DNA of 64,000 nucleotides from contig CALSSJ010000044.1 in the NCBI GenBank assembly GCA_943788985.1, forward strand, positions 1 through 64,000, read 5' to 3'. Below the pieces are notes generated by a model that did no database searches, was not told the origin of the DNA, and saw only the letters and a list, made by a program, of their open reading frames with translations. Origin of the DNA: an uncultured Lentisphaerales bacterium. Lineage in GTDB: Bacteria > Verrucomicrobiota > Lentisphaeria > JABSQK01 > UBA12247. The position numbers and the translations under genes were made by a program. Shown one piece after another: positions 31,802 to 43,922 of this stretch (position 1 is its first letter; each line of letters opens with the position of its first letter).

Positions 31802-33194
31802 TCAGCCAAGGAAGCCTAAGTTGCGCTGGCTGAAGTTTCCTAGGTTTGGAAGCACGGTATCGATATCGGAATCGCTTACGCCAAACCATTTTGCCAAGGT
31901 GGCAGCGTATTGATCCACACTCGTGGTCGGCAGCCAGCGACCGCGACCGGTATCATGGGGACTGCTCTGCAGGTCAATATCCGGGAATTGCCCGTATACT
32001 TGTGCGCCGTCTACAGCACCGCCCAAGACAATATGGTGCCCGCCCCAGCCATGATCTGAGCCGCGACCATTGGAAATGAAAGTGCGGCCAAAGTCCGAGG
32101 CAGTAAAGGTGGTCACATTATTGGATACGCCGAGGGATTCCATCGTATCTTGGAAGGCGGTCAGCGCGCCACTGAGTCCGCCCAGCAATCCTGCGTGTGC
32201 CCCGAGCTGGTCGCCGTGAGTATCGAATCCGCCTGTGGCGCAGAAGAAGATCTGCCGCCGCATCCCCAATGCCTCGCGTTGCTCGATCACGCGGGGCTGC
32301 GGAGCGCAACTGCTGGCCAAGACCGGAGTTTGGAAAATTCTCAAAGTCCGTGGCCCCTTCCATGGCCACATTGAACAGCCTCTGAGGTCTCGATCGCGGT
32401 GTTATTCACATCGGAAAAGGTGCGTTCGAGCAGATTGTCGTGGGTACGGTCGAACATCCCCTTTACCGTTTCAAACTTGGTCTTGTCATCGGTACGCCAG
32501 CTCGTGCGTAGTCGAAAGTCAGATCGCCTGTCCCCCTGAGACTGGCACGGGGAGAACCGATTTCCTCCTGTCTGAAAAAAGTTATTGCCAGACATGGACA
32601 GGTTCATGGAAATCGTGCTGTCGTTATGAACGGAATGCAGGAGATCGGCGATACGGCCACCCCAACCGGATGAATGGTAGTGCGCCGGGGCTGTGACGGA
32701 CACTTGTCTGCCACAGAACTTGCTGATCATTATGGGAGAACAGCTGTGGCGGCAGTGCCGAGGAACCATTGCGGAAGTCATCCAATGTCACGGGGCGCAA
32801 GCAGGGTGCCGAGATTCGCCACCATGGCGGCATCACCACGATTCACCAGACCGGCCATGCCCGCCATCGCCGGATGCAGGCCATAAAGCCTGCCTGCCGC
32901 ATCAGGTGAGTTCAAGAGTTGCAGCGCGTCGAGCGGCAAGGTCAGATTCTGACGCGCCGCGGCGTAGATGGCGTGCTGGCTGGCATCGGCGGGGAATCAG
33001 CATGTTCGCGGAGTCGTTTCCTCCGAAAAGAAAGACACATACCAGCGCCTTGTAGTCTGTAGGATCGCTATTTGCCGCGGCAGCGTTGACCTGCCGCAAG
33101 TTAAAAAGGGTATGCGCGAGGCTGCTGGTACCAACGGCGGTACAGCAGCACCAAACCGGAGAAAATCGCGACGGGTAATTTGGTCCATACTCAT
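31802..33194 (-). CDS. DUF1501 protein with Tat-like signal; multiple frameshifts
   Basis: ITRRDFL, DYKALVCVFLFGGNDS, LFSHNDQQ, GWGGRIAD, GGFDTH, SDFGRT..NG.GSDHGWG. Confidence 0.85.
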
Positions 33195-33203
33195 CACTCT
33201 CTC

Positions 33204-36200
33204 CTACTTCTGGATGACATATTCGGGCGAACTGTAGATGAGCTGCAGAACAGCAATAACTTGGTCGTCAGTATCTTGTGAGATTGCGGCCAGCGTCTGG
33301 GCAATTTCGGCCTGCATCTCGGGGGACATATCGCCGTCCATCAGCAGGACGTTGAGGGAATCGACCAGTATGGCCGGGGCAGCGGCGAGGGCTTCGTACC
33401 CGGAATAGTCCAAATACACGCTCGGGTGCATCCAGTGCGTACCCAAGCCATAGGCAATTCCCTGATGAAAGTAGTTCGCGGTATCGATCGCGGTCAGATC
33501 GTTGATCATTTGGAACTCGGGCGCGAAGACCCGTTGCTCTCGGGCCTCGCCGACGGGGATGTAATCAGGTTCAAAGAAGTTAAATACGCTCTTGGCGTAG
33601 AACGGTGCTTGGCCCATGACATCGGCCAGTGACGTATCGAATGTGTATCGCCCAAAGGTGGGAGGATTCCACGTCGGTGCCGCACGAAAGGCCCGCACCA
33701 GTTGCGTCAGACGAACGATAGGCTCACGAACCTTACCAGCCGTGTCCTTGGCAGCCTGTTCAAGAGAACGTGCCTCTGGATCCAGCAGGATGGCTCGAAC
33801 CACGGCGGAGAGATCGCCGCGCACGCCATGCCCATTGTCGTCAAACTGCTGCGCAACCCGATAGATATAGCCCGGAGAGGGATTGCTGGTCACCAGGCGC
33901 TGGATCATGCGCCGGGCGATGAACGGGCCAACATTCGGGTGTTGAAAGACGCTATCGATGACGCTCTGGCAATCCTGATAGGCCGTCTGCCCAGCCGGCA
34001 CAACCTGCCCCCTCAGAAGCACTTTCTCGCTGGTATCGTGATACTCCTCAAACGCCATCAGTGGCGCGAGTTCCTGCCGTGGATCAGAAGATGTCCAATA
34101 AAAGTTGGTCGAGCCGCTGAAGGTCCAGCCAGTCAGAGCCTTAGCAAAGTTTAGAATCTCGTCCTGACTATAAGTCTCGAGCGGCACCCCCGCTCTCATC
34201 CACTTTCAGACTACCATCTGGATTGAGCGCGTTCAGGCCGATCGAAAACAGCTGCATAATTTCCCGGGCGTAGTTCTCATCGGGTAGTGTGCCGGTGACC
34301 GGATTGGCCTTGGCATTGCGCAGCATGGTGAGGTAGATGCCCATCATAGGATTGAGCGTCACCTCTTCGAGAATCTGCCGATAATTCCCGAAGGCATTGC
34401 GGACTAGGATGTCGTAGTAATTGGTCACACCACGCGTCCGGCGACTCAATGCCGACGAATGATCCGATATCACGACTATCTCGCTCAGGGCAAACGCCAC
34501 ACGCTGGCGCAGTTGATCCTGCGAGTCGATTGCAATCGTCCACCACGTAAAGGCGCGCTCTCGAGCATTATCGACGCCGATAAAACCTTGGTCGGTCAAC
34601 TCGCGGGTCTTGTCCAGCACCGGCAAATGCAAAGTAGCCGGCATGGCGATCTGGCTGTTCAGCCAGCCCTCGAATCCCAGTGTCTGTACCTCGGAAATCA
34701 GCGCTGGTGTCGCACCGAACGTCGCCTGATTAAGAAACCGGGCCAACTCCGCATCCGAGGGCCGTTCCCGAAGGGCTATACTCCGGAACCGGCGGAACGG
34801 GAAAGTCTGCATCATCAGCATCTGGCGGAACGGAGGCGATCGGATCAGTGGCCGGTTCGACAGGCACAAACTCCGGCACATACAGCTCCGGCATTGTAAT
34901 GCCTTCAGGGATATAGGGCGAGAGAAATGCCCCGGTCACGATTTCAAACGTATCGCGGTCGGGTCGAAGCCATTGTACGGTCACGTGGTCATCGCCCCAG
35001 CCTTCCTTGTGCAGCACCTCTACATAGTACCCGCTGTCCTTGAGCAGGTAGGCTGGCGCGGAATATTGGGACGGATATTTATCCCACTCGCCAATATCGG
35101 TGTTTCCCCGGCACGTGCGCTGTGATCACATGGTATGCAACGGCTGTATCCGACATCTGTTGCCAAAAATCCCACGCTGTCGCCAGCAGCATTTAACATG
35201 AAGTACGCATCGTCATCGCCCTGCAATTCGGAAACGGTAGAGGGCCGTCCTCAGGGACATGTAGATAGCCGCGCAGACGCTGCCCGTATTGATCCCCGCG
35301 ATTCACCTCGGTTTCCAACGCCCCCGATCAGATCGCGCGAAGTCGGCTCGTGTGGGTAGCTAGGATCGCCAAGCAACGAGTACAATCGGTAGTGCCCCCA
35401 CCTGCTCCCAGACCTCATGCAGAATAGCACCTGTTTCCTTCGGCCAGTGCATCGCCTATGGACACGTTCACATTCGCGGTCCTGACATTTAAGCCATCAT
35501 TTGCGCTGAGGCGCAGGACGTACGATCCCGGCTGTGGAAATCTCACAACAGTCCTGCGGATCAGTCGAGTCTGCGAACTCCACCACTGCTGGCCCAGAGA
35601 CCTGAGACCATTCAATCGCCAGAGCCAACGGGCCTGCATACAGGTCGATCACCCAGCCCTCAAGCTGGCGCACATGATCGGGGCCCAATGGGCGTCGATG
35701 TCGCGCCCCCCCACGACCAGCAACTCATTCTCGCGCGCTGGCGCATCATAAAAATGGCGCGAGAAACGTCCCGTCGATCACGACCGGCTCTTCGTCTGCA
35801 CCCTGGCGTTGCCAGGCCACGGCCAGATGCTCGCTGCTCCAGCCTTGTTTGTGCAGCACATCGAGATAGATCTTCTGACCGGCACTCAAACTGAGGACCT
35901 CGCTGTACTGGGAATCCCGCTGCGTCCAATTCTGATAGCTCACCCAGCCTTCGACGCTGGCCCACCGGCTGGGCGCTGGCCGGTGTCCCGTCCAGCCCCA
36001 AGCTCAGGCTGCTATGGTCATCGCTGGCGATAAAGAACTGGTAGTCTCCGTCGGCTGGGACAATGAAGATAACCCCGGTAGCGGGCCACGTAGTGCTCCG
36101 TAAAACCTCAGAGGACCTTCCAGGGCGGGCATGAGTTCTGAGAACGTCGGTTCGAGCGGATAGCCCTCGGCGTTCGCCACGTCCGTCAGGCGCGCACCGT

Positions 36201-39200
36201 AGGCATCGAGCCAGACCTCACGCAGGATCGAGCCGGCGTTCGGCCCTAACGGCTCACGAACCAGCACGTCGATCTCGTCTGCGGCTGCATTCATGCCGTC
36301 TGTTGCGAACAGCATCAGGGTGTACGTGCCAGGCTCACTGAATGTCGCCGACGTAGCAGGATAGGCAGGATCCGAGAAGGTCACGCTGCCCGGGCCGGCG
36401 GCCTTGCTCCACAGATAGGTCAAGCTCTCTGGTCCCGTCCACCATGTCGTACACCGTCCCGAGAAAATCAAGCTGGTTGCGAGGCCAGTACGTGTCCTGA
36501 TCTTCACCGGCGATCACCAGAATGTCTTCATTGCGCGTTTGAACAGCGGCGAAAGGCTCGAGAAAAGATGCCTGGATGACTTCGCGTTCAAAAAGCGCCG
36601 GCCCTTCCCATTGCACGGCAAAGTGATCGTGTCCGGCTGTTTCTCTGTGGAGGAGCTCGATGTAGTAGCGCTGCCCGGCCTGCAAGGTGACCGGCTCTGA
36701 CTCCTGAGCGGCCGTGCGAATCTGCCGCACGCTGTTCCAATCATCCGTAAAGGCAACCACCGCAGTGTCAGCGGCAGAATCTGTGACGCTCAGTAACAGA
36801 GTCGCCTCACGATCGCCGGACACGTAAAAGGTGTACTCGCCGGTGGCCGGCGGATGCAGGTAGCCTCGCACACGCGTGCCGTAGTGGTAGCCCCCAATGA
36901 CTCGGCCCCTCAAAGGTACTGAGGTGGTCACTGAACGTTGGCGAATCAGGATAGCGCTCGTCTTCTCTACCAAGTCCTCAACCGAGCCACCACGTACGTC
37001 CAGCCATACCTCGCGCAGAATGCCACCGACAGCCTGATTCAGCGGCTCAAGCACGGTCACCATGACCGTGTCACGGTGACTGGCAGCATCACAGGTCACT
37101 GTCAGCTCCAGTTCATAAACACCGGGCGCCTGCAAGGTCAACGTGGTCTCGGGATCGCTTGCAGCCAGAAAACCGGCCCCCGCAGGGCCACTCAGCTGCC
37201 GCCACCGGACTGCTGGCTCTCCATCTTGGCCACGTCGAAACTGGATTCTGCCAGCCAGCGCCAACTCACTACGTGGGAAATAGATCTCGCGATCTGGTCC
37301 GGCGTCTGCGAAGACCTTAATTGCCTCGTCGACAGGCGCGGCGTCCTCTCTACTCCACGGAGAAAGCATACTACCGGGAACAATAGACAGTGCTGGCGAC
37401 CATGGCGTGGACCAGGCAACGGCCACATGATCACCACCCCAGCCCTCTTTGTGCAGGACTTCGACATAATACCGCTCACCAGCCTCCAATTCCACCCAGA
37501 TAGAAAGTTGCTCTTCGTACCGATCCCAATCTTCGGGAGACGTCGCCCCCGGGACCTGCGCGATCAATGTTGCCGTCGCGGGATCGTCGCCAGCCCCCAG
37601 CAGCAGTTGACACTCGTCATCCCCCGAAATCGCAAACCTATACTGCCCGCTCACGGGGGCATGCAGATAGCCACGAATCCGCGTCCCGTAGCCGTCGCTC
37701 CAATGAACCGGCGTCGCCAAGCGTGGAAGCAGATCACGAAAATATGGATTGTCCGGGTAATTCTCGTGATTCAGCAGTAGCTGTACCTCGTTGTACCAGA
37801 CATCAGTCCACACCTCGCGTAGAATTGAACCGGTATTTGGTGCCAGTGCGCGGTGCAAACGAACGATGACCTCATCGCTATGCACCACCGCACCTTCGAT
37901 GCTGGCATCCAGGCGGATTACGTATTCGCCCTCAGCCGGGAGCGTCAGTGCGGTAGTCTCTCCTGTTTGATCGGCGATCGCTGCCTGAGTCGGCCCATCA
38001 ATCTGCGTCCACCGAAAGGTCACCAGTTCTGGCTCCACGCTCATGGCGAAGACCTGCGCGGTGAGCGTCGTCTCCTGCTGCGGGCAGTACACCTCCTGAT
38101 CATCACCGGCATATGCCACAGCGACCGGCAATGCCGTGGCGCGCGGCGCGTCCAAATAGGGCATCAAAAACACGGAATCAATCACCTGGCGTTCGATGTC
38201 CGGCCCTTGCCAGCCGACCGTCAGATAGTCGTGTCCACCGCCGTCCTTGTGAATTGCCCGAATTAGGTAACTCCGACCGGCCTCAAGCTCGATCTCGGCG
38301 GAAGCCTGCGAGTCCCGATAGTCCCAATTCCGGTAGCTGGTCCAGATATTCAGGTGGGCGATCTGCGTCAGACCAGCAGCGTCTTCGCTGTCGCTGAGAA
38401 ACAGCGCACTATGGTCGTCGCTAGCGATGAAGAAGCGGTAGGTGCCAGTTGTTGGCGGCACCAGCAGCGCAGTCAATTGCTGCCCGTAGTTATCGGCCCA
38501 AGGCTCTGGAGTCTCGAACGACTCAAGCGTGTCCACCACCATCGGCGCTTGGAGATACGCCTCGCTCGAAAGCAAGTTATCCACCCCGCCGCCGGAAACT
38601 CCCAGCCACACTTCACGAGTCACGCCCGTCACGCCCTCAATCAGACTCTGCCGGAGAGCAATTTCCACGTTGTCCACCGCCAGGTTGTAGCCGTCCACTG
38701 CCGTGACCTGAAATTCATACACTCCAGCGGCTGGCAAGGCCACCGTCGTCTCAAGCGCGCTAGGGTCTGCGATGTTCGCAACGCCCAGCCCCGACACTTG
38801 CCGCCACTCCACCTCGACTTCGGCATCCCAACGACGCTTAAAATAGTCTGCCTTCAGCCTGAATGTCTGCCGCGGCAGATAGCCGCTGCTATCCGGCCCG
38901 GCTCCAACCGCGAGTTCTACGCGGGGCAACAGCAGGGGCGCTGGCTGAACTGGTGACAAGTGTGTGCCCCCAATAGCCTGGCGTTCAAACACCCCTTCCA
39001 GTTCCCAGGCCACGGACAAACTGTCTCCGCCGCCAGCTTCCTTTTGCAGCCCTTCGATGTAGTACACTTGGCCAGCCTCCAGGTGGACTGCCACGGAGCG
39101 CTGTTCCTGAAATTTATCCCACTCCAGCGCCGCGGTCCAATCGCTCACAGTGGCGATTAGCACGGCTCCGCTAGGGTGCTCCGAATCAGAAAGATAAAGG

Positions 39201-40198
39201 GCACACTGGTCATCGCCAGAGACCCAGAACACGTAGTCGCCTGTGACCGGAGGATGAAGATAGCCATGGACACGCGCTCCATAGCCCCAGCCCCAATTCA
39301 CTGGGGTTGCGAAGCTGGTGAGCGCATCGCTAAAAGTCGGATTGTCCGGGTAGGTCGCGTGCTGCACCAGGTCAACAAGCCGCTTCCCCCAGATCCCTGT
39401 CCAGACTTCGCGGGTCACGGTTCCGCGCTCAAGCGCATTCGTGCCAGTTATGTGGGCTGCGTAGTCCGCAATGTTGGACATCCCGTCAAAATTCACGTCC
39501 CGCTCTCTGTCATGGGAGCCCGGATCGAGTCCCTTAGCCAGCTCGTAGGCGTCATGCATGCCGTCACTGTCCGCGTCATCAAACATCGGATTTTTGCCCG
39601 TAACATACAACTCGTCGACACAAACCGGCCCGGCAAACGTCAGCTCACGAAGGCTCTGCGCGGCGCCGCTCAACGGCAGATCTGCGGCGAGCAGCCGTTT
39701 GTTGCCATACAAATCCCAGCGTTCCCGCAAAAAATCGATGCGGGCCGTAATCCGCAGCCAAATCTTCGAATGCCCGGCCGCGTCCACCGGAATCCGGCAC
39801 TCCGTCAGCAGCCACGCGCTGTTCGCCCAAACCGCCACCACGCCAGCATCTGCACCGTCTGCCACGAAACCGATCGCCGCGGTGTCCGCAATCAAGAACG
39901 GCGTTTCCGCCACGCCGGGCCGGTAGTAGGCATCCACAAACACCGTCGCGGACTCATTCTCGCGAAAGGGAATTGTCGCCTCACCACTAGCCTCAACCAC
40001 CAGGCTCTGACTGTGCTTCGCCTGATCGGCTGAGGTGATGGACACCCCACCCGCAACCGTCCAGCCTAGCTCCGTCAGGTCACTGTCGACCGCGTAGTTC
40101 TCCCACGTTTCGAACCGGACTCGCTCCGGTATCTTGTTCTGCGCCTCGGCATAGAAGGCGGCAAAAGTCATGGCCAGTAGTAATATCCTTGCTGTCAC
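33204..40198 (-). CDS. Giant exported protein: six PA14 domains with PKD-like linkers fused to C-terminal DUF1800; multiple frameshifts
   Basis: Six (R/H)EVW-initiated PA14 units with GDD/SDD and KEG.G.D motifs; DADSDGM Ca-binding loop; ARFLNQATFG, DQLRQRVAFALSEI, PDENYARE, LVTSNPS, SVFNFF, SPEY. Confidence 0.82.
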
Positions 40199-40403
40199 GT
40201 CTCATCGCTCTCTGGGTATAGCCTTCTCGGTAACAAAACGATCTTCGATTAACCTACCGTAGGTAGTTTGTGGCGTTAGGACAATCCCGATTTCCCATAA
40301 TAACCCGGAAATATCTGCGATGGTTGCCACTTGCCTGTTGCAGGGTGGCTGCCTGAGGGTAGATTTCAATCTACTCGTTCCTGTCGAACCAGCCGTAGGG
40401 GCT

Positions 40404-41183
40404 ATGGAGCAGCTTTCCTTTGATGTTACGTTGTTTTCTGCTGACAGTGCGAATCTGTCCGCTCACTTGTCGCGAGGAAAGCTCCGACAAGGCGTACTTG
40501 CTTGGGTAGCAGCGCAAGGAGCCGACGCGATTGGCCTTGACGTTGTCACCAGAAACCAGCGGTTTCGTGCTCCCATCGGCGCGTTTTGGAGCAGCCCCGC
40601 TCAACTGGCGGCAAAGTCCATGCTTGTGGAAATCAAGACCTCGCGCGCAGCTTGCTGGCCGGACCATGTTCGTTCTGAGAACCTGCTCCCAGAGCTCCGG
40701 AGCCTCAAGCGAGACCGCCAGACTTTGCTGGCAGAGATTCGTGATGCCGAGCCACATCTCCGCTGTAGCCAGTCGCTCTTCGAAGAGTTTGCAGAGTGGA
40801 ATTATGAGAAATCTGACAATCCCGCCTATCAGCAACTGAGCGAAGATATCCGGCGCGTACAGACTGCCATCTATCGCGGAACCCGCTTCGAGCGGCTCGC
40901 TGCCGGGACGATGGCCCACAAACTCTACCTAGCCGTGCCTGAAGGCGCTGTACACCCGGACGAGTTGGCCGACGGCTGGGGCCTACTTTGGGTACACGAA
41001 GATCAAAGCGTGACCTGCGTCGCTGATGCCACACACCACACCTGCCCCCAGGATGATGTAAACCGCTTCGCAGTTGCAATTGCGAAGTCCGCAAAAGCCT
41101 GCGTGCTGTTTGCCACTGGCATCGACGAGGCGCACGCATGCCGGATTGTGCAACCACCGCGCCGAAGACGAAAACCCCAATGA
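40404..41183 (+). CDS. MmcB-like PD-(D/E)xK-fold protein with helical insertion
   Basis: VEIKTSR and YLAVP......ELADGWGLL motifs. Confidence 0.55.
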   Translation: MEQLSFDVTLFSADSANLSAHLSRGKLRQGVLAWVAAQGADAIGLDVVTRNQRFRAPIGAFWSSPAQLAAKSMLVEIKTSRAACWPDHVRSENLLPELRSLKRDRQTLLAEIRDAEPHLRCSQSLFEEFAEWNYEKSDNPAYQQLSEDIRRVQTAIYRGTRFERLAAGTMAHKLYLAVPEGAVHPDELADGWGLLWVHEDQSVTCVADATHHTCPQDDVNRFAVAIAKSAKACVLFATGIDEAHACRIVQPPRRRRKPQ

Positions 41184-42160
41184 GCAGAAAACGGGGAAAG
41201 GCACTACGGACACGCCTCACAAGGTCACTGCTCAAAAACTGTTTCCCCCTACTGAGCCGCGCGCTAGCCCTCTGCCCCAGGCTACTGGCCCACGGCCTCG
41301 CCAGGCTCGCGTCTTGGATCATCTGGTCCCTTCCCAATGAGCGCAAACTTCTGCGCACCAATCTGACCATCGCCTTTCCTAAAAAAACATCCAGCCAACG
41401 TGCCCGCATCGCTCGGGCCTCGGTCAGTCACCTCATCTACGCCTCTTTTGCCTTCGCTCGTGCAGCACGAGATCCTAGCCGCATCCTTGAACTCATGACC
41501 TACGACGAAGAAGAACTTGCCGCCTTCCAAAATGCCGGTGGAGCCATCCTCATCAGCCCTCATCTAGGCCACTGGGAAGTGGGACATCTCGCCGTGAACC
41601 TACTGGGGATGCAGACCGTCACCGTCTCCCGAAAGCATCGCTACGACGAGGTCGAAAACTTTCTTAAAACCGCGCGCACCTGCACCGGTGCCCAAATGGT
41701 CTATCAGGCTGGGGCCGTGCGCGGCATGCTCAAAGGGCTGCGGGCTGGCCACAAAATATTCATCCTGGTCGACCAGAATATTCGGCCACGAGACGGTGGT
41801 GTCTATGCCCCCTTCTTCGGCCTGCCCGCAACCGTCAGCCGGGCCCCCGCCTCCCTCGCCGCCAAGGCCGCCGGCGGCGTCTGGCTTGGAGCCTGCCTGC
41901 TTGAACCTGATGGCAAGTTTCGCCTCACTTGCCGGAAAATTGACCTACTAGGTTCCGAAAGCGATGAAGCCGCTATGGCACAGGTAAATTCAGCTACAGA
42001 AGCCATTGTCCGAGAGTTTCCGGAACAATACCTGTGGTGGTATAAGCGCTGGCTCTTCATACCTGACGAAGCCGACACAGCGGACTATCCCTACTACGCA
42101 CGGACGATCCGCAACTCAGCTGGTTCCATTACGTCAACCCAACGGACGATGAAGCCTTGA
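41180..42160 (+). CDS. Lipid A late acyltransferase (LpxL/HtrB family)
   Basis: SPHLGHWE, LVDQ, PFFG, PEQYLWWYKRW. Confidence 0.9.
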   Translation: MSRKRGKALRTRLTRSLLKNCFPLLSRALALCPRLLAHGLARLASWIIWSLPNERKLLRTNLTIAFPKKTSSQRARIARASVSHLIYASFAFARAARDPSRILELMTYDEEELAAFQNAGGAILISPHLGHWEVGHLAVNLLGMQTVTVSRKHRYDEVENFLKTARTCTGAQMVYQAGAVRGMLKGLRAGHKIFILVDQNIRPRDGGVYAPFFGLPATVSRAPASLAAKAAGGVWLGACLLEPDGKFRLTCRKIDLLGSESDEAAMAQVNSATEAIVREFPEQYLWWYKRWLFIPDEADTADYPYYARTIRNSAGSITSTQRTMKP

Positions 42161-42654
42161 TTTTCCTGCGTGCCGTTTGCCAGAGCGTCGCCTAGGGACT
42201 CGAATACCTGCACAACCTAAAACAGCCCGTGATCGACGGCAATGTCCGGCCCCGGCACATGCGCATCACTCCCGATGGCGAAATCAAGCTCATCAGCTTT
42301 GGCTCTGCTTACTTCGCCTGGAGCGAACCGCCACACCGCGAGCCGGACGAATACGCCGCACCAGAACAGTTGCTCTACATGGAGGGCAGGAGGATCAGCC
42401 CTGATCTTGAGACAGACCGCTACTCCCTGGCATCCGCGATGAACTACGGATTCTGCGGCCAGCATCGCTTTCTTAGTGTGCAGAACACCACCGATTCAGC
42501 CGCCCGCCTCAAGAGCGCAATCTTTGCTCGCAAAATACCGCTTCGCAAGAAAAACGAACGACATGCTGGATGCCAGCCCCGTAAGGCGACCATCCTTCTA
42601 AGATCTACATCTCGTCTTGGCAGATCCCTATGGCGAAGACGCATCGGAGCCTGA
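42130..42654 (+). pseudogene. Ser/Thr kinase C-lobe remnant (pseudokinase-like)
   Basis: Hand translation AVCQSVA*GLEYLHNLKQPVIDGNVRPRHM..GEIKLISFG..YAAPEQ..TDRYSLA; no N-lobe; TAG at 42193. Confidence 0.6.
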
Positions 42655-42732
42655 AGAACCACCAGCGGCTGAATGTCCCCCCATACTCCCGCAGGCTCCC
42701 CCGGCAGCTGAAGAGTAGCACTGACTGCCATC

Positions 42733-43257
42733 TCACAGGCCCGCCACAGCCAGCGCCTGCCCCACCAGCTTGCTTGCTTGCTCTGCTGTAATCACCGCAC
42801 CGTCGGCTAAATCACTGACCACCTTCAAGACAGACAGCGGCAGCTGACCACACGCAGCGGCAATCGCTCCGGTCTCCATCTCCACCAACGTCTCTACTCC
42901 CTCAGTTTGCGGAGTTCGCACCGTCGTCAACGGCCGTGCGGGCATTCCCGGCCACGGACGCAGCGGGTACAGCTGTCCGTCCCACGCAACTGCCTCAGCC
43001 GTGAACACATCCCCGAACTGCACCTCTGGCGTCCCGCCGCAAATCCCGACGTTGCGAAGTTCGCAAATCTCGGAAAACTCGCGGAGCAAAGCACCTGTGG
43101 CCGCGCTCGCGCGCTCAGGCCCGACCCCCGTGATCGCCACGATGGCGTTATCCTTGCGATAGATGCGAAAGCCCAGCGCACTTGGCACGCGCCGTGCCTG
43201 CAGCCGCGTCAATATCGGCTGCGCCTCACAGCGTAAGGCACACAACCAGGCAATCAC
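42733..43257 (-). CDS. Nucleoside phosphorylase/MTA nucleosidase-like protein
   Basis: TGVG, NVGICGG, VEMET, KVVSD. Confidence 0.8.
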   Translation of the reverse strand: MIAWLCALRCEAQPILTRLQARRVPSALGFRIYRKDNAIVAITGVGPERASAATGALLREFSEICELRNVGICGGTPEVQFGDVFTAEAVAWDGQLYPLRPWPGMPARPLTTVRTPQTEGVETLVEMETGAIAAACGQLPLSVLKVVSDLADGAVITAEQASKLVGQALAVAGL

Positions 43258-43265
43258 CGCTCAGC

Positions 43266-43922
43266 CTACGCGCCCCAGCGCGCCCGATAGTCCGCGATCG
43301 CGCGCAGAATCTCCGCCGAGACCAGCCCATGCTCCGTGACATGTGCCACGATCTCGGAAAGAGTGACGATCGCAAAGGCAGGCATGTCGTAGGTAGTCGC
43401 CAGTTCATCCAGCGCATTGCGCTCACCGGTCCCCTTCTCCTCCCGATCCACGGATACGATCAGACCCGCGAGCGTAACGTCCGCCGCGCTGCGCAGCAGC
43501 GGTACGGTCTCACGCACAGACGTCCCAGCCGTCACCACATCTTCGACAATCACAACGCGCTCGCCATCGCCGAAAGGATGCCCGACAAAGACTCCCTTCT
43601 CGCCGTGATCCTTCGCTTCCTTGCGGTTGAATGTGAAGTTCACCGTATGATCATGCTCCGCAGCGAGCGCCATAGACGCGGTCACAACCAGCGGCACCCC
43701 TTTGTACGCGGGGCCAAAAAGCGTGTCGTACTCCCGTCCCAGCCGATCAGCCAGCGCCGCCGCGTAGAACGAGCCCAACTTCGCAATCTGCGGCCCGGTC
43801 GCGTATTGCCCGGTATTAATGAAGTATGGGGTTTTCCGCCCGCTCTTTGTCGTGAAATCCCCGAACCGAAGCCCGCCAGAATCTAGCATAAAGGAAATAA
43901 AATTTTGCTTATAGTTCGTCAT
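43266..43922 (-). CDS. pyrE: Orotate phosphoribosyltransferase
   Basis: FTTKSGR.TPYF, GPAYKG, RKEAKDHGE, VEDVVTAGTS. Confidence 0.96.
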   Translation of the reverse strand: MTNYKQNFISFMLDSGGLRFGDFTTKSGRKTPYFINTGQYATGPQIAKLGSFYAAALADRLGREYDTLFGPAYKGVPLVVTASMALAAEHDHTVNFTFNRKEAKDHGEKGVFVGHPFGDGERVVIVEDVVTAGTSVRETVPLLRSAADVTLAGLIVSVDREEKGTGERNALDELATTYDMPAFAIVTLSEIVAHVTEHGLVSAEILRAIADYRARWGA

